A stretch of DNA of 20,000 bases from an uncultured virus (IMG/VR IMGVR_UViG_3300027752_001031) (lineage: Duplodnaviria > Heunggongvirae > Uroviricota > Caudoviricetes). The stretch lies in the IMG/VR virus record IMGVR_UViG_3300027752_001031; one strand, 5' to 3'. Each line of letters starts with the position of its first letter. Position 1 is the first letter of the stretch. Position numbers and translations under genes: made by a program. Of the stretch, positions 1-9,161 are shown one piece after another. The notes below the pieces were generated by a model. That model saw only the letters and a list, made by a program, of their open reading frames with translations, made no database searches and had not been told where the DNA came from.

Positions 1-819
1 CACGGTAGGACTTCCAAACAAAACGGTTGCTGCTGCATACTGGGCATCGATGGTCACAGCAGCATCTTTAGAATTAATTGTTGCTCCGCTACCCGAAATT
101 GTAATAACTCCAGTACCAATGTTTACGATGTCTACTCTATCTCCCGCAGAAAATACAGAACCTGGAACGGTAATTGTTCTAGTTCCAGTAACAGTTATGA
201 CTTCACCCTTGTCAGCAGCCGTCAGAGTGTAGCTGGCGGTCTTTGCATTTACGGAGGGGGTAAGAGACGCCTTAGCATCTAAAGTAGTCTGTAGGGACGT
301 TACATCGCTGATAGCGTGGGTATGAGATGCGTCAGCCTTAGCTGCAATAGAATTGGTAACGGTAGTAGCAAAGTCTGCATCATCGCCCAATGCTGCAGCA
401 AGTTCGTTTAGGGTATCTAGTGCAGCAGGAGAAGAATCTACCAATGCTGCTACTGCTGAATCTGTATATGAGTTTGCAGTAGATACCGCGTCAGATTCTG
501 CTGTATCGGCATATGTCTCTGTAGCATATCCAGTAAAGTCAACGTTACCTAATTGTGATGCTGGTACATTGGTTGTACCGTCGAGGGTAGCGACACCACT
601 AGCAGTTCCCAAGGAAGCAATCTCAACATAGTCACCCAAAGATGTATTTAAAGTTGTCTGATCGATGAAGTATCCCAGGTTAGCCCAGCTATTAACTCCA
701 TCACCCATTTTGAACTTATTGGTGTCTGATTCCCAACCTAGTTCTCCAGATGCAAGAATGGGGTTAATTGAGGTCCACTGCTCTGCAGTACCCTTGCGCT
801 GTTGCATACGTGTTGACAT
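1..819 (-). CDS. Tail fibre-like protein with Mtd_N-like N-terminus (3' end runs off the window)
   Basis: Not in the ORF track because it is truncated. Manual translation from ATG at 819 gives MSTRMQQRKGTAEQWTSINPILASGELGWESDTNKFKMGDG...LVDSSPAALDTLNELAAALGDD..., open to base 1. AGGAG RBS upstream. Paralog of 4376..4933. Confidence 0.85.
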   Translation of the reverse strand, partial: MSTRMQQRKGTAEQWTSINPILASGELGWESDTNKFKMGDGVNSWANLGYFIDQTTLNTSLGDYVEIASLGTASGVATLDGTTNVPASQLGNVDFTGYATETYADTAESDAVSTANSYTDSAVAALVDSSPAALDTLNELAAALGDDADFATTVTNSIAAKADASHTHAISDVTSLQTTLDAKASLTPSVNAKTASYTLTAADKGEVITVTGTRTITVPGSVFSAGDRVDIVNIGTGVITISGSGATINSKDAAVTIDAQYAAATVLFGSPTV

Positions 820-918
820 GACACTCCTATTTAAGTCTTATTCAATTATACATTATTTTTACAAAGATAATGACTATGACTAAAAGAGCCATAGCCACTA
901 TCCTATAAAAGATGTTTA

Positions 919-1155
919 CTAGATAACTAGTGTGTCTGCTTCTTCTGCAGTTAGTGGCTCTCCTGCAACTAGCTTAGCTTTTGCAGATGCTTTAAGATCT
1001 GCTAGTGCTTGTGCTGCTGCTTCTTTTGCCTGGCGATCTAGCTCTGCCTGTGCCGCCATTTCATCACGCTCTGTGATTTCCTCAGCAGATAGCGGTATGT
1101 ATTTTGTGGTCTTAGCCTTAGCATCAACCACTACCTTCATAGGTGCTTCATTCAT
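919..1155 (-). CDS. Small phage protein, possibly a tail fibre assembly chaperone
   Basis: 78 aa helical protein downstream of fibre-like genes; overlaps the end of the upstream gene. Confidence 0.65.
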   Translation of the reverse strand: MNEAPMKVVVDAKAKTTKYIPLSAEEITERDEMAAQAELDRQAKEAAAQALADLKASAKAKLVAGEPLTAEEADTLVI

Positions 1156-1480
1156 TTACTTCACTCCAATTCTGGGAATCTTCGTCCCATGTGTATAGTT
1201 TATCGTCTGTTGGGTAAGGGGTTGGCGCTGTCCAGTTGCAAGTATCATCTAGTGTCCAAGACTCATAAGGCTTAGGCGGGATAAAGGCATCTAGCTCAGT
1301 GTCATAACTGAATCCTACGCCTGCAAAGTTCTTGCGAATGTTGCCGTTATAGCTTGTCTGAATCCAAGTGCCACCTAGATTTTCTACAAACCAGTCATAG
1401 CCCTCATTGGGAAAGTCGTTGTCTCCAACTAATACCCTGAGAACGATGTTGTCGTTGTCTATCTCTGCAAAATAACTCAT
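1148..1480 (-). CDS. Phage tail-region hypothetical protein
   Basis: 110 aa with WIQTSYN..RKNFAG.G..YD...DAFIPPKP motif, of the kind that often follows glycine-rich virion genes; ATGA overlap with the upstream gene. Confidence 0.8.
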   Translation of the reverse strand: MSYFAEIDNDNIVLRVLVGDNDFPNEGYDWFVENLGGTWIQTSYNGNIRKNFAGVGFSYDTELDAFIPPKPYESWTLDDTCNWTAPTPYPTDDKLYTWDEDSQNWSEVNE

Positions 1481-2814
1481 GCTGCATACCTCACAATTAC
1501 AATTCCAGAACCGCCCGCTGCACCAGTGCCATTACCAACCCCAGCAGTAGAACCGCCAGCACCACCACCACCGCCAGTGTTTACTGTTCCGGCGCTACCT
1601 GCTGAATTATTAGAAGTGCCTTGACCGCCACCGCCATCGCCACCTGGACCAGGGGCACCACCATTGCTTCCACCACCGCCACCGCCAGCACGAATTACAG
1701 CAGTTCCAGATATAGAGCTAGAGACTCCATCTCCACCATGTCTTTGACCATCTGTGTTTCCAGCTTCGCCAGCACCGCCACCACCACCACCGTTAGGGTT
1801 TGAGCCAGCACCACCTGCAAAGCCTTGTCCAGTAGACGGAAAGCCTCCCTCATAACTTGTGCCTTGCGCTGAACCGCCACCGCCGCTTGCTCCGTTGCCG
1901 CCGTCTGCATCAGTAGAACCGCCACCGCCACCGCTAGAGGTTATTGTGCTAAATACTGAGCTAACGCCTGTGCCACCAGAACCGCCACCGCCAGCCGTTC
2001 CACCTGCGCCGACTGTGACCGTGTAGCCAGTTGCCGACAAGCTCAATGCCGTTTCAGCACCAGCGCCACCACCAGAAGTTCCAAAACTAGTTCTGTATCC
2101 GCCAGCACCACCGCCACCGCCCTGAGAACCGCCACCGCCGCCGCCACCTGCGATAACCAGATAGTCACAAGTCAAAGACTCGGTAGGAGTGAATGTGCCT
2201 GAAGATGTAAAGGTGTGAATCCAGTAGCCATCAACGTTAGTAATTGTGCCACCTGTTGCTTTTGGCGGCAATACAAACGATCCTGTTGCCCCAGTTGCAT
2301 CTGCGTTTGTGACTAGGTAGAGCGAGGCTGTTGTGTATTCCACAAAATCGCCTACGGTAGCATAAATCTTGATAGAGGTTATTGCCTCAGCTACATCACG
2401 ATAAAAGTTTGCCACGCCTTGATACGCCTCGGTAGCATTATTTTCGCTAACCGCCATAAAAGTAGCGTATGTGTCCTGAGCAGAACTGAAATTAGAAATG
2501 TAAAGCTCTGCATTACCGAAGGTGTTTGCCGTAGCGCCGTTCTTTTGCAACGAGAGATTTTCAAGAAAGCTTGTTGGACCAACACCCCTGCGGTTAAGAG
2601 TAGAACCGTCACCTGCTATACCTGTTGTGTGATACACAGAGCTAGTATCACCATTGAACTGAAACCTATACTCAGTCGCAATTCCAGAGGCGTTTGACCT
2701 CGCACTAATAAGCACCTTAAGGTCTGCACCATCTACGCCCTCAATAGGGTCAAATTCTATGCTTGAGGCTCCGCTTGAGCCTACCGTTACCGTTTCTAAA
2801 AGTGTGTAAGCCAT
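1477..2814 (-). CDS. Glycine-rich virion/tail-associated protein
   Basis: 445 aa; IHTFTSSGTF, DYLVIAGGGGGG and GGSGIVIVRY motifs with a long Gly-rich C-terminal half; N-terminal domain resembles the next two ORFs. Confidence 0.85.
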   Translation of the reverse strand: MAYTLLETVTVGSSGASSIEFDPIEGVDGADLKVLISARSNASGIATEYRFQFNGDTSSVYHTTGIAGDGSTLNRRGVGPTSFLENLSLQKNGATANTFGNAELYISNFSSAQDTYATFMAVSENNATEAYQGVANFYRDVAEAITSIKIYATVGDFVEYTTASLYLVTNADATGATGSFVLPPKATGGTITNVDGYWIHTFTSSGTFTPTESLTCDYLVIAGGGGGGGSQGGGGGAGGYRTSFGTSGGGAGAETALSLSATGYTVTVGAGGTAGGGGSGGTGVSSVFSTITSSGGGGGSTDADGGNGASGGGGSAQGTSYEGGFPSTGQGFAGGAGSNPNGGGGGGAGEAGNTDGQRHGGDGVSSSISGTAVIRAGGGGGGSNGGAPGPGGDGGGGQGTSNNSAGSAGTVNTGGGGGAGGSTAGVGNGTGAAGGSGIVIVRYAA

Positions 2815-2816
2815 TG

Positions 2817-3308
2817 TTAGACCTCTCCATGTATGCCGAATAATTTAAATGTGCTGCCAATGGCAAAGCTTCCGCTGTTAACACCTATGGCTATAGAGCT
2901 AATTGCGGTATTGCTTGCATAGCGACCCGACACTATTGTTTGTATTGACCCTGTTCTTCCATTGTGAGCAAGCGTAGACTTATGCTTGTCGCTTGCCGAG
3001 TAGTCAAAAATTTCCATTTTTGTAATGTTAGCTACTGTCGTTGTTCCGCTTTCAGTGTTAAAATGCCTAGCGGCAGTTTCAGCACTCGAGCCACTTGAAC
3101 TGCCAGTGTTGTATATATAAACATACTTGTAGTTAGTTCCCCCATCACCGTTCAAAGTGATAAGCCCTTGCACGCTACTCGTAGCGCCTTTGTGTTCAAT
3201 CATCAATACAAGGTCTGAGTAGTCCTGACTAATGCTTCCAAAAGACACTTCACTGGCTGCTACTGCAAGCGTGAGTGTTGCTAGTGGTATGTATGTAGAT
3301 GTAGCCAT
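2817..3308 (-). CDS. Putative virion structural protein (paralog of neighbours)
   Basis: 163 aa; TYIPLATLTL...F.SI.Q.Y.DL...NGD...LFGI pattern shared with 3311..3889 and the N-terminus of 1477..2814. Confidence 0.8.
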   Translation of the reverse strand: MATSTYIPLATLTLAVAASEVSFGSISQDYSDLVLMIEHKGATSSVQGLITLNGDGGTNYKYVYIYNTGSSSGSSAETAARHFNTESGTTTVANITKMEIFDYSASDKHKSTLAHNGRTGSIQTIVSGRYASNTAISSIAIGVNSGSFAIGSTFKLFGIHGEV

Positions 3309-3310
3309 GA

Positions 3311-3889
3311 TCAGCCTTTCACGCCGTAAAGAGAAACCCTAGAGTAAGCCGCAAAATCTCCAACAATGGGAGCGAGAGAAATCTCTGTTAGTGATGCGGT
3401 GTTCATCCACAGCCCTGAGGATAATCCAACCTGTGTTGCATAAGCCGCATCAAGATTCATGCCCCTTAAGCTTCTTGAGGTTGTGTATTTATTTGAGCTA
3501 AACGCATCAGTCAGGTCAACTACAGCAACGCCAAACGCATCTGTGGTGTCACTGGCAGAGGGTTCGGCAAAAGGAATTATGTAGCTAGTGGTAGCCTCGG
3601 CATAAGACGAGACAGTGCTACCATCACCTTTCAAAAAGTGCATCTGGCGATAGTTAGCGGTTGTGTCACCATTGAATGTCATTATGACATTGTTTGAACC
3701 ACTAATAGCCCTAGTGTCTCTAGTTGTAGCCCGTATCTGAAGGTGTTTGTAATCCGAAGCATAGACATCAAGATTCTCAAAAACAATACTGGTCGAGCTA
3801 GTAGATAAAACTTCCGACTCAAGTAGGTCATAGGAACTAGCAGCGCTAGCGCCAGCCGCTCCTAAATATCCAAAAAACCAGGGGGCCAT
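3311..3889 (-). CDS. Putative virion structural protein (paralog of neighbours)
   Basis: 192 aa; YKHLQIR, FNGDT and SLYGVK motifs; tightly packed in the operon. Confidence 0.8.
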   Translation of the reverse strand: MAPWFFGYLGAAGASAASSYDLLESEVLSTSSTSIVFENLDVYASDYKHLQIRATTRDTRAISGSNNVIMTFNGDTTANYRQMHFLKGDGSTVSSYAEATTSYIIPFAEPSASDTTDAFGVAVVDLTDAFSSNKYTTSRSLRGMNLDAAYATQVGLSSGLWMNTASLTEISLAPIVGDFAAYSRVSLYGVKG

Positions 3890-3890
3890 A

Positions 3891-4373
3891 CTATCCTAGA
3901 TCACCAACCAAAACATATACTCCAGAAGCTACGCACTTTACAGATGCTGGTGCATACTGTGCATTTGTTAGAAGTTTTGCACCTTTAGAATTTAGAGTTA
4001 CTCCGCTACCTGCTGCAAATGTAATCTGTAGGGCATTGTTCTGAAGGAAGTCAACCTGCTCTCCAACAGAAAGAACATCATCTACTGTAATAGTAATTGC
4101 TGCAGAGTTTGTAATCAGCTTTCCAGCATCTCCAGATACAAGAGAATAGCTTGTAGCCTTGTCATCGATTGTCTGGCCAGTATCAAAGCCGCCGTCTGTT
4201 CCAGCAGTTCCCTGTACTCCACCATATCCAAGAGCAGTCCATGCAGTTGCACCATCGCCTAGCTTAAATAGGTCTGTGTCTGTCTCAATGCCGATTTCTC
4301 CTACAGCAAGTGTTGGATCATTTGATGTCCAGTTTGCTGCGGTATCGTTACGAAGTTGAATTTGTACTGCCAT
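3891..4373 (-). CDS. Mtd_N-like tail fibre-associated protein
   Basis: IQLRNDTAANWTSNDPTLAVGEIGIETDTDLFKLGDG N-terminus; C-terminal ...YVLVGDL domain similar to that of 9745..10371. Confidence 0.8.
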   Translation of the reverse strand: MAVQIQLRNDTAANWTSNDPTLAVGEIGIETDTDLFKLGDGATAWTALGYGGVQGTAGTDGGFDTGQTIDDKATSYSLVSGDAGKLITNSAAITITVDDVLSVGEQVDFLQNNALQITFAAGSGVTLNSKGAKLLTNAQYAPASVKCVASGVYVLVGDLG

Positions 4374-4375
4374 GA

Positions 4376-4933
4376 TTAGAAGCTCCCTGAAGTTCCACCG
4401 ATGATTGGCGCTAGCCCACCATAGTTAGTATTTGCTTTGCCGCCATCCAGGTTAAAGGCTGGGTCGACATAGTCTGTAATGTCTGCAATCACGTGTGTGT
4501 GTACAGTATTTGCTTTTCCGCTAATAGAAGTATTAATTGTAGTGATAAAGTCTGCATTGTCACCAATAGCAGCGGCTAGTTCATTAAGAGTGTCTAGAGT
4601 AGCTGGTGCTCCATCAACAAGGGCTGCGACTGCAGCGTTAATATCTGCAGTAACATCAATATTTAGTTGAGCAGCTGGAACAAATCCGCTTGCATCCAGG
4701 GTAGCAACACCATTTGCTGCACCAGCAGAAGCTAGTGGAACATAGTCTCCTAGAGATGTAGACAAGGCTGTTGTGTCAATAAAGTAAGTAAGACTTGACC
4801 AAACGTTTACCCCATCACCCATTTTGAACTGATTAGTGTCAGTCTCAAAACCGATTTCTCCTGCAGCTAGAACTGGATTAGCGGTAGTCCACTGAGTCCC
4901 AGTTCCTCGACGCTGTTGCATGCGTGTTGCCAT
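4376..4933 (-). CDS. Mtd_N-like tail fibre-associated protein
   Basis: MQQRRGTGTQWTTANPVLAAGEIGFETDTNQFKMGDG and LDTLNELAAAIGD motifs; AAGGAG RBS. Confidence 0.85.
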   Translation of the reverse strand: MATRMQQRRGTGTQWTTANPVLAAGEIGFETDTNQFKMGDGVNVWSSLTYFIDTTALSTSLGDYVPLASAGAANGVATLDASGFVPAAQLNIDVTADINAAVAALVDGAPATLDTLNELAAAIGDNADFITTINTSISGKANTVHTHVIADITDYVDPAFNLDGGKANTNYGGLAPIIGGTSGSF

Positions 4934-4958
4934 TGATGCTCTCCTTATTTACTACTAT

Positions 4959-4967
4959 ATTATAGCA
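4959..4967 (-). promoter_or_regulatory. Extended -10 promoter (TGCTATAAT) for 4376..4933
   Basis: Minus strand reads TGCTATAAT, then an AAGGAG RBS and ATG. Confidence 0.65.
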
Positions 4968-4973
4968 TTAAAA

Positions 4974-5435
4974 TTAATTAAAGTTATCTGTTGCCGTTCC
5001 ACCATTCCATGTGTTATCCCATGAAGTAGTTGAGGCTGTTCCTGCGTCCTGATAATCAGCACCAGCATCTGTTACGATACCGCCATCATAAAAGCGGGTA
5101 ACGATAAATCCGTTTCCGTCAATTGATGTGTCGTGGATGTGGTCTGGTAGCTCTTCTGCATCTGTAAGAGTTGCAATGTATACCCATACGCCGTTAAAGA
5201 AAATTCCCATGCGACCAAAGGTGCTATCTAGATAGATATCTCCTTCGCTAGCACCCTCTGGTGGGGTAGCAGATCTAGCAAGGTTAAGGTCTTGTAGAAG
5301 TGCATCTACATAACCCTTAGTTGTTAGATGTGTGCTTTGAGTAGGAGTGGCAGCTGTGACAGTACCTCCGAAAGTACCGTCATTTGCTATTTGTATTCCA
5401 TTTTTGACTTTAAAGTCTTTGTTAACTGTAGCCAT
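4974..5435 (-). CDS. Putative tail-associated protein
   Basis: 153 aa; N-terminal MATVNKDFKVK identical to 5462..7219; AGGAG RBS. Confidence 0.8.
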   Translation of the reverse strand: MATVNKDFKVKNGIQIANDGTFGGTVTAATPTQSTHLTTKGYVDALLQDLNLARSATPPEGASEGDIYLDSTFGRMGIFFNGVWVYIATLTDAEELPDHIHDTSIDGNGFIVTRFYDGGIVTDAGADYQDAGTASTTSWDNTWNGGTATDNFN

Positions 5436-5461
5436 TAACTGCCACTCCTTTTCTCAATTTA

Positions 5462-7219
5462 TTATGCTAGTAGTGTTCCCATTACGGTTACTGTAGATGT
5501 GTTGTTGGTTGTTGTAACTAGCAACTCTACGTTTGTACCGTTTATTCCTGCTGAGATAGCTGATGCAGAACCATTGGTTCCAACAATCGCATACTCAGTG
5601 ATCGCAATGTTGTCAGAAGTGTCTAGGGTTACAAGAACCTCTGATACCTCGGTGTGTGTTCCATAAGCAACCTTAACCAAGAACTTTGCTGAGCGGTAGT
5701 CTGCCTTTGCAAAGCTATAAGCTACTGCCTGGGATGCGGTTGCAACTGACAAAGTTGAAGCAACCTGTGTAGCAACAGTGTTGATATCTATCTCTGTGAA
5801 GTTAGGAACTACAGCCTCTAGAGCAGTTACTGCACGAGCATTTGTGAAGTAAAGGTTTGAGCCTTCAGATAGGTCGGTAGTGGAAGAGTCAGCAACGCCG
5901 TTTTCTGCGGTAATGACTAGACCGTTCTCGTCTCCAGTGATGACAATGTTTGTCTTGGTTGCACCAGTTAGAAGAGCAGCAGTAGATACCTTTGCACGAG
6001 TGTCTGTGAAGTACTCGTTGGTAGCACCTTCTGCTATGTCGTCTGTATCTAGTGCAGAGATTGTTGCATTAACACCTGAGGTTAGTCCATCTGCATAGGT
6101 CTTTGCGTCAGCTTCTGCTGTGTCGGCATAGGTCTGGGCACTTGCTAGGGCTGCGTTAGCCTTAGAAGTAGCATCTCCCGAAGCTGTAGCAATAGCATCT
6201 GCTTCTGCTGTGTCCGCGTAGGTCTGGTAAGCAGTGGTGATAGCTGTCTCTCTGCCGTCAGTGTATGCGGCAGCGGTAGCTGCTGCTGCAGCCTCTGCTG
6301 CATCAACATACTGCTTTGGAGCTGCACCTAGTGCAACGGTAGGATCTGCAGAAAGAACTAGCTGTCCAGTCATTGTCGATCCAGACTTAGCAACCTTCTC
6401 ACCAATTGAGGTGGTTAGGTTAGTAATTACATCTGGGTTATCTCCAAGGGCAGCTGCTAGCTCATTTAGGGTGTCTAGGAGTTCTGGAGCACCGTCAACT
6501 AGAGCAGCTACAGAGTTGTCTGTGTAAGTGTTAGCTGTTGTAACAGCGTCTGACTCTGCAGCGTCTGCGTAAGCCTGGTAAGCGGTAGTGATTGCAGTTT
6601 CGCGGCCATCGGTGTACCCGTTAGCAGAAGTGATTGCGTCAGCTTCTGCTGTGTCAGCATAAGTCTGTGCGCTAGTTAGAGCAGCGTTAGCCTTAGTAGT
6701 AGCATCTCCTGCGGCAGTTGTAACTGCGTCGGACTCTGCTGTGTCAGCATAGGTCTTTAGCAATCCGTCTAGCGTAGTGATTTCGCCATCTGTGTAAAGG
6801 TTAGCTGCTGCTTCTGCTGCGTCTGCTGCGACTCCTACCTCGGTGTCTGTAGCAAATGAAGAAGCTAGAGTAACAGCAATTGCTGCGTCTCCAGAACCAT
6901 CGAAGCTTACAGAACCAGTAGCGTCTCCACTAATAGATATTGTACGAGCGGTTGCAAGTGCTGAGGATGTGTCAGCGTTACCAGTTACGTTACCAACGAC
7001 ATCTGCTGTAATTTCGTTTGCAGCGAAGTCTCCGTTTGCGTCACGTAGTACTACCGTGTCTGCGGTTGCTGCTGATGTAGCAGAGCCGCCGATAAGACCA
7101 ATAATATAGTTTTGGTCAGCGGTTGTCTTTGTAAGAATATCAAAATTGTTTACCTTGGCAGTTGTGCCTTCAACAATTAGTCCTGCTTTTACTTTAAAGT
7201 CTTTATTGACTGTTGCCAT
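5462..7219 (-). CDS. Long tail fibre-like protein with internal Ala/Thr/Asp repeats
   Basis: 585 aa; VVLRDANGDF, LATARTISISGDATGSVSFDGS, repeated YADTAEADA, LDTLNELAAALGD and TDDIAEG..N.YFT motifs typical of phage fibres. Confidence 0.85.
   Translation of the reverse strand: MATVNKDFKVKAGLIVEGTTAKVNNFDILTKTTADQNYIIGLIGGSATSAATADTVVLRDANGDFAANEITADVVGNVTGNADTSSALATARTISISGDATGSVSFDGSGDAAIAVTLASSFATDTEVGVAADAAEAAANLYTDGEITTLDGLLKTYADTAESDAVTTAAGDATTKANAALTSAQTYADTAEADAITSANGYTDGRETAITTAYQAYADAAESDAVTTANTYTDNSVAALVDGAPELLDTLNELAAALGDNPDVITNLTTSIGEKVAKSGSTMTGQLVLSADPTVALGAAPKQYVDAAEAAAAATAAAYTDGRETAITTAYQTYADTAEADAIATASGDATSKANAALASAQTYADTAEADAKTYADGLTSGVNATISALDTDDIAEGATNEYFTDTRAKVSTAALLTGATKTNIVITGDENGLVITAENGVADSSTTDLSEGSNLYFTNARAVTALEAVVPNFTEIDINTVATQVASTLSVATASQAVAYSFAKADYRSAKFLVKVAYGTHTEVSEVLVTLDTSDNIAITEYAIVGTNGSASAISAGINGTNVELLVTTTNNTSTVTVMGTLLA
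6104..6708 (-). repeat. Internal duplication within the fibre gene
   Basis: TGCGTCAGCTTCTGCTGTGTC...GCGTTAGCCTTAG.AGTAGCATCTCC occurs at about 6104 and 6635; peptide YTDGRETAITTAYQ occurs twice. Confidence 0.7.
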
Positions 7220-7238
7220 TTTCTATCTCCTAGTTTGA

Positions 7239-7685
7239 TTATGCCTTGAGACCGAGGCGAGCGTATCGCACGGTCACTGGCTTAATGATTGCGTCTGGGG
7301 TAATCGTCAAAGCGACAGTGTCCCCAGTCCTAGAGACATCAATGGTGCCCATGTTCCCATTATTGTCTATTGTGCCGTACTCTGAAACTGATACGTCAGT
7401 ACCGTCCATTAGTAGGGTCAATTCTGTTGCATAGAAGTAGTTGTCGCCTGCTGTAGTCTTTGAGATTGATACAATGTACTTTACCATTCTCCACTCAGTA
7501 GCGTCAAAGCTGTCTATGATGGTGACATTTGAAATGTCGGTAATAACATTCTCATTATTACCAAAAGATCCAAGGTCAGTAGCCTGTGCGGCCGAAGTAT
7601 CGATCAGGTCGATATAATCCTGTTGAGAGGGACGATCTCCAGTCTCAAAGGTTGATTTCACATAATTAAGGGTAGTTCTAGCCAT
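7239..7685 (-). CDS. Putative tail protein
   Basis: 148 aa; FETGDRPSQQDYIDLID motif; C-terminal KY.V....TE.....SEYG domain resembles the C-terminus of 5462..7219; apparently leaderless. Confidence 0.8.
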   Translation of the reverse strand: MARTTLNYVKSTFETGDRPSQQDYIDLIDTSAAQATDLGSFGNNENVITDISNVTIIDSFDATEWRMVKYIVSISKTTAGDNYFYATELTLLMDGTDVSVSEYGTIDNNGNMGTIDVSRTGDTVALTITPDAIIKPVTVRYARLGLKA

Positions 7686-7715
7686 GTATCTATTATAGCG
7701 TGGTTTTAAACAATC

Positions 7716-8024
7716 TTAAATAATATAGTTACTGTAGCCTATGATCTGTATGCCAATTCCAGGTATATTGTTTGCACCGTAACCAGAAACACCAATATTT
7801 GTGAGCCTAATTCTAAATGGTAGAGTATCTTTTATCTTTATTACGGGATTAGGACTTACGATATTAGAAATGGGGTAGGTCTTTGTCTTTATGGACCTTG
7901 TTTTGGGAGACTTGTCTATGATTTTAGAATTTACATCTATATTTGATATTGATGATATGGGGTAGTTCTTCTGCTTAAGTTCTTTTGTTTTATAATCTTT
8001 AGAATAGATTACTGACTTAGCCAT
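7716..8024 (-). CDS. Basic hypothetical protein
   Basis: 102 aa, Lys/Ile-rich, YPIS repeated; TAATG coupling to the upstream gene. Confidence 0.65.
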   Translation of the reverse strand: MAKSVIYSKDYKTKELKQKNYPISSISNIDVNSKIIDKSPKTRSIKTKTYPISNIVSPNPVIKIKDTLPFRIRLTNIGVSGYGANNIPGIGIQIIGYSNYII

Positions 8025-8428
8025 TAATCAGTTACGTCCTCGACGATTACCAACTTACCCTGAGCTACCGTCCAGACTTGGCTGGTTGCTGCATTTGATA
8101 GCTGTATGTCAAAGATATCTCCAGTCTCTAGCTGCAAAGACTCACTAGCCGTTAGGGATACTGTAAACTCTCCTACTGCATCTTCAGCTAAGGCTGCTGG
8201 AGTAAGGGTTAGAATTACTGAGGCAGTGTCAGTTATGACTCCCAAGTCTGCTGCATTGGTTGGCCTCTTTACTTTCATGGCTATGACCCAGTCCGCAATG
8301 GTCAGCGGTGCCTTGTCGTCGTCAGTTACATATACCGTGAATGCAGCGGTATCTCCTCGAACAACTGTCCAAGTAACTTGTGGAGGTATGTTTCCAACGG
8401 AATATCCAGAATCTCTAAGCGTAGCCAT
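8024..8428 (-). CDS. BppU-like (baseplate-associated) domain protein
   Basis: 134 aa; W.VVRGDT..F.V...D...FDIQL pattern shared with 12506..12880 and 13726..14109. Confidence 0.7.
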   Translation of the reverse strand: MATLRDSGYSVGNIPPQVTWTVVRGDTAAFTVYVTDDDKAPLTIADWVIAMKVKRPTNAADLGVITDTASVILTLTPAALAEDAVGEFTVSLTASESLQLETGDIFDIQLSNAATSQVWTVAQGKLVIVEDVTD

Positions 8429-8454
8429 ACTAATAATTATAACACAGCATTGAG

Positions 8455-8483
8455 TTGAATTTTAGGTAAACTACTGCTATACT
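8455..8483 (+). promoter_or_regulatory. Housekeeping-sigma promoter for the hydrolase pair
   Basis: TTGAAT-17 bp-TATACT with TG extension, back-to-back with the minus-strand -10 at 8436-8441. Confidence 0.7.
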
Positions 8484-8498
8484 TATAAGTCTAAACTA

Positions 8499-8528
8499 CG
8501 GCACCCTTAAAAAGGTGTCTTTTCTTTT
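8499..8528 (+). terminator. Terminator-like hairpin in the 5' leader of the NlpC/P60 gene
   Basis: GGCACC-CTTAAAAA-GGTGTC followed by TTTTCTTTT, directly before the AGGAGG RBS. Confidence 0.4.
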
Positions 8529-8540
8529 AGGAGGTACAAC

Positions 8541-9161
8541 TTGAAAAAGATTGTAATACTAGGAGCGGTAGGAATTTTAATGAGCTGTTCGTCAGCTACC
8601 GTTGCGGATGATAGTGGATCATCGTTTAAAGCTACAAGTGTTGTTTACAGTAGTCCAAATGTTTTGGATATTTCTGTAAATCAAAAGATTGATATTATTG
8701 CTTATACCCTTAAGATGTTGAAAGAACAAGAGCAAGAAAAGCTTGAGCAAGCCAGAGCCCTTGCTGTTACAAAAAATGCTAATGCACTTAGGTATCAAAT
8801 ATCTGAGCTGTCAAAACATATTGATAAAACCAGATATGTGTTTAGTGGCTCTACCCCTGCTGGCTGGGACTGCTCAGGTCTTGTAGTATGGTTTTATGGA
8901 GAGCTGGGAATTGAACTTCCTCATTCAGCAACTAAGCAAGGATTTATTAAGCCAAAGTCTTCTACCCCAATGCCTGGAGACATAGTCGTCTTCCAGTATA
9001 ACGGTGCAAAAAACTTTGTTCATTCGGGCATTTACATTGGAAACAACGAAATAATCCATTCTGGATTCCGTGCTGGTATGCCAACAGCAATTATTGATTT
9101 AGATGACCCAGCTTTTAATGGGCAGACACATTACTTTATAAGGTTAATGGATTCAAAATGA
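8541..9161 (+). CDS. Secreted NlpC/P60-family peptidoglycan endopeptidase
   Basis: YVFSG..P.GWDCSGLV (catalytic Cys), PGDIV.F and HSGIYIG...IIH motifs; N-terminal signal or lipoprotein-like peptide; TTG start with AGGAGG RBS. Confidence 0.9.
   Translation: MKKIVILGAVGILMSCSSATVADDSGSSFKATSVVYSSPNVLDISVNQKIDIIAYTLKMLKEQEQEKLEQARALAVTKNANALRYQISELSKHIDKTRYVFSGSTPAGWDCSGLVVWFYGELGIELPHSATKQGFIKPKSSTPMPGDIVVFQYNGAKNFVHSGIYIGNNEIIHSGFRAGMPTAIIDLDDPAFNGQTHYFIRLMDSK

Noticed and set aside
1..4933. Diversity-generating retroelement suggested by Mtd_N-like domains
   Set aside because: No reverse transcriptase and no TR/VR pair differing only at adenines is visible; Mtd_N is a general fibre N-terminal domain.
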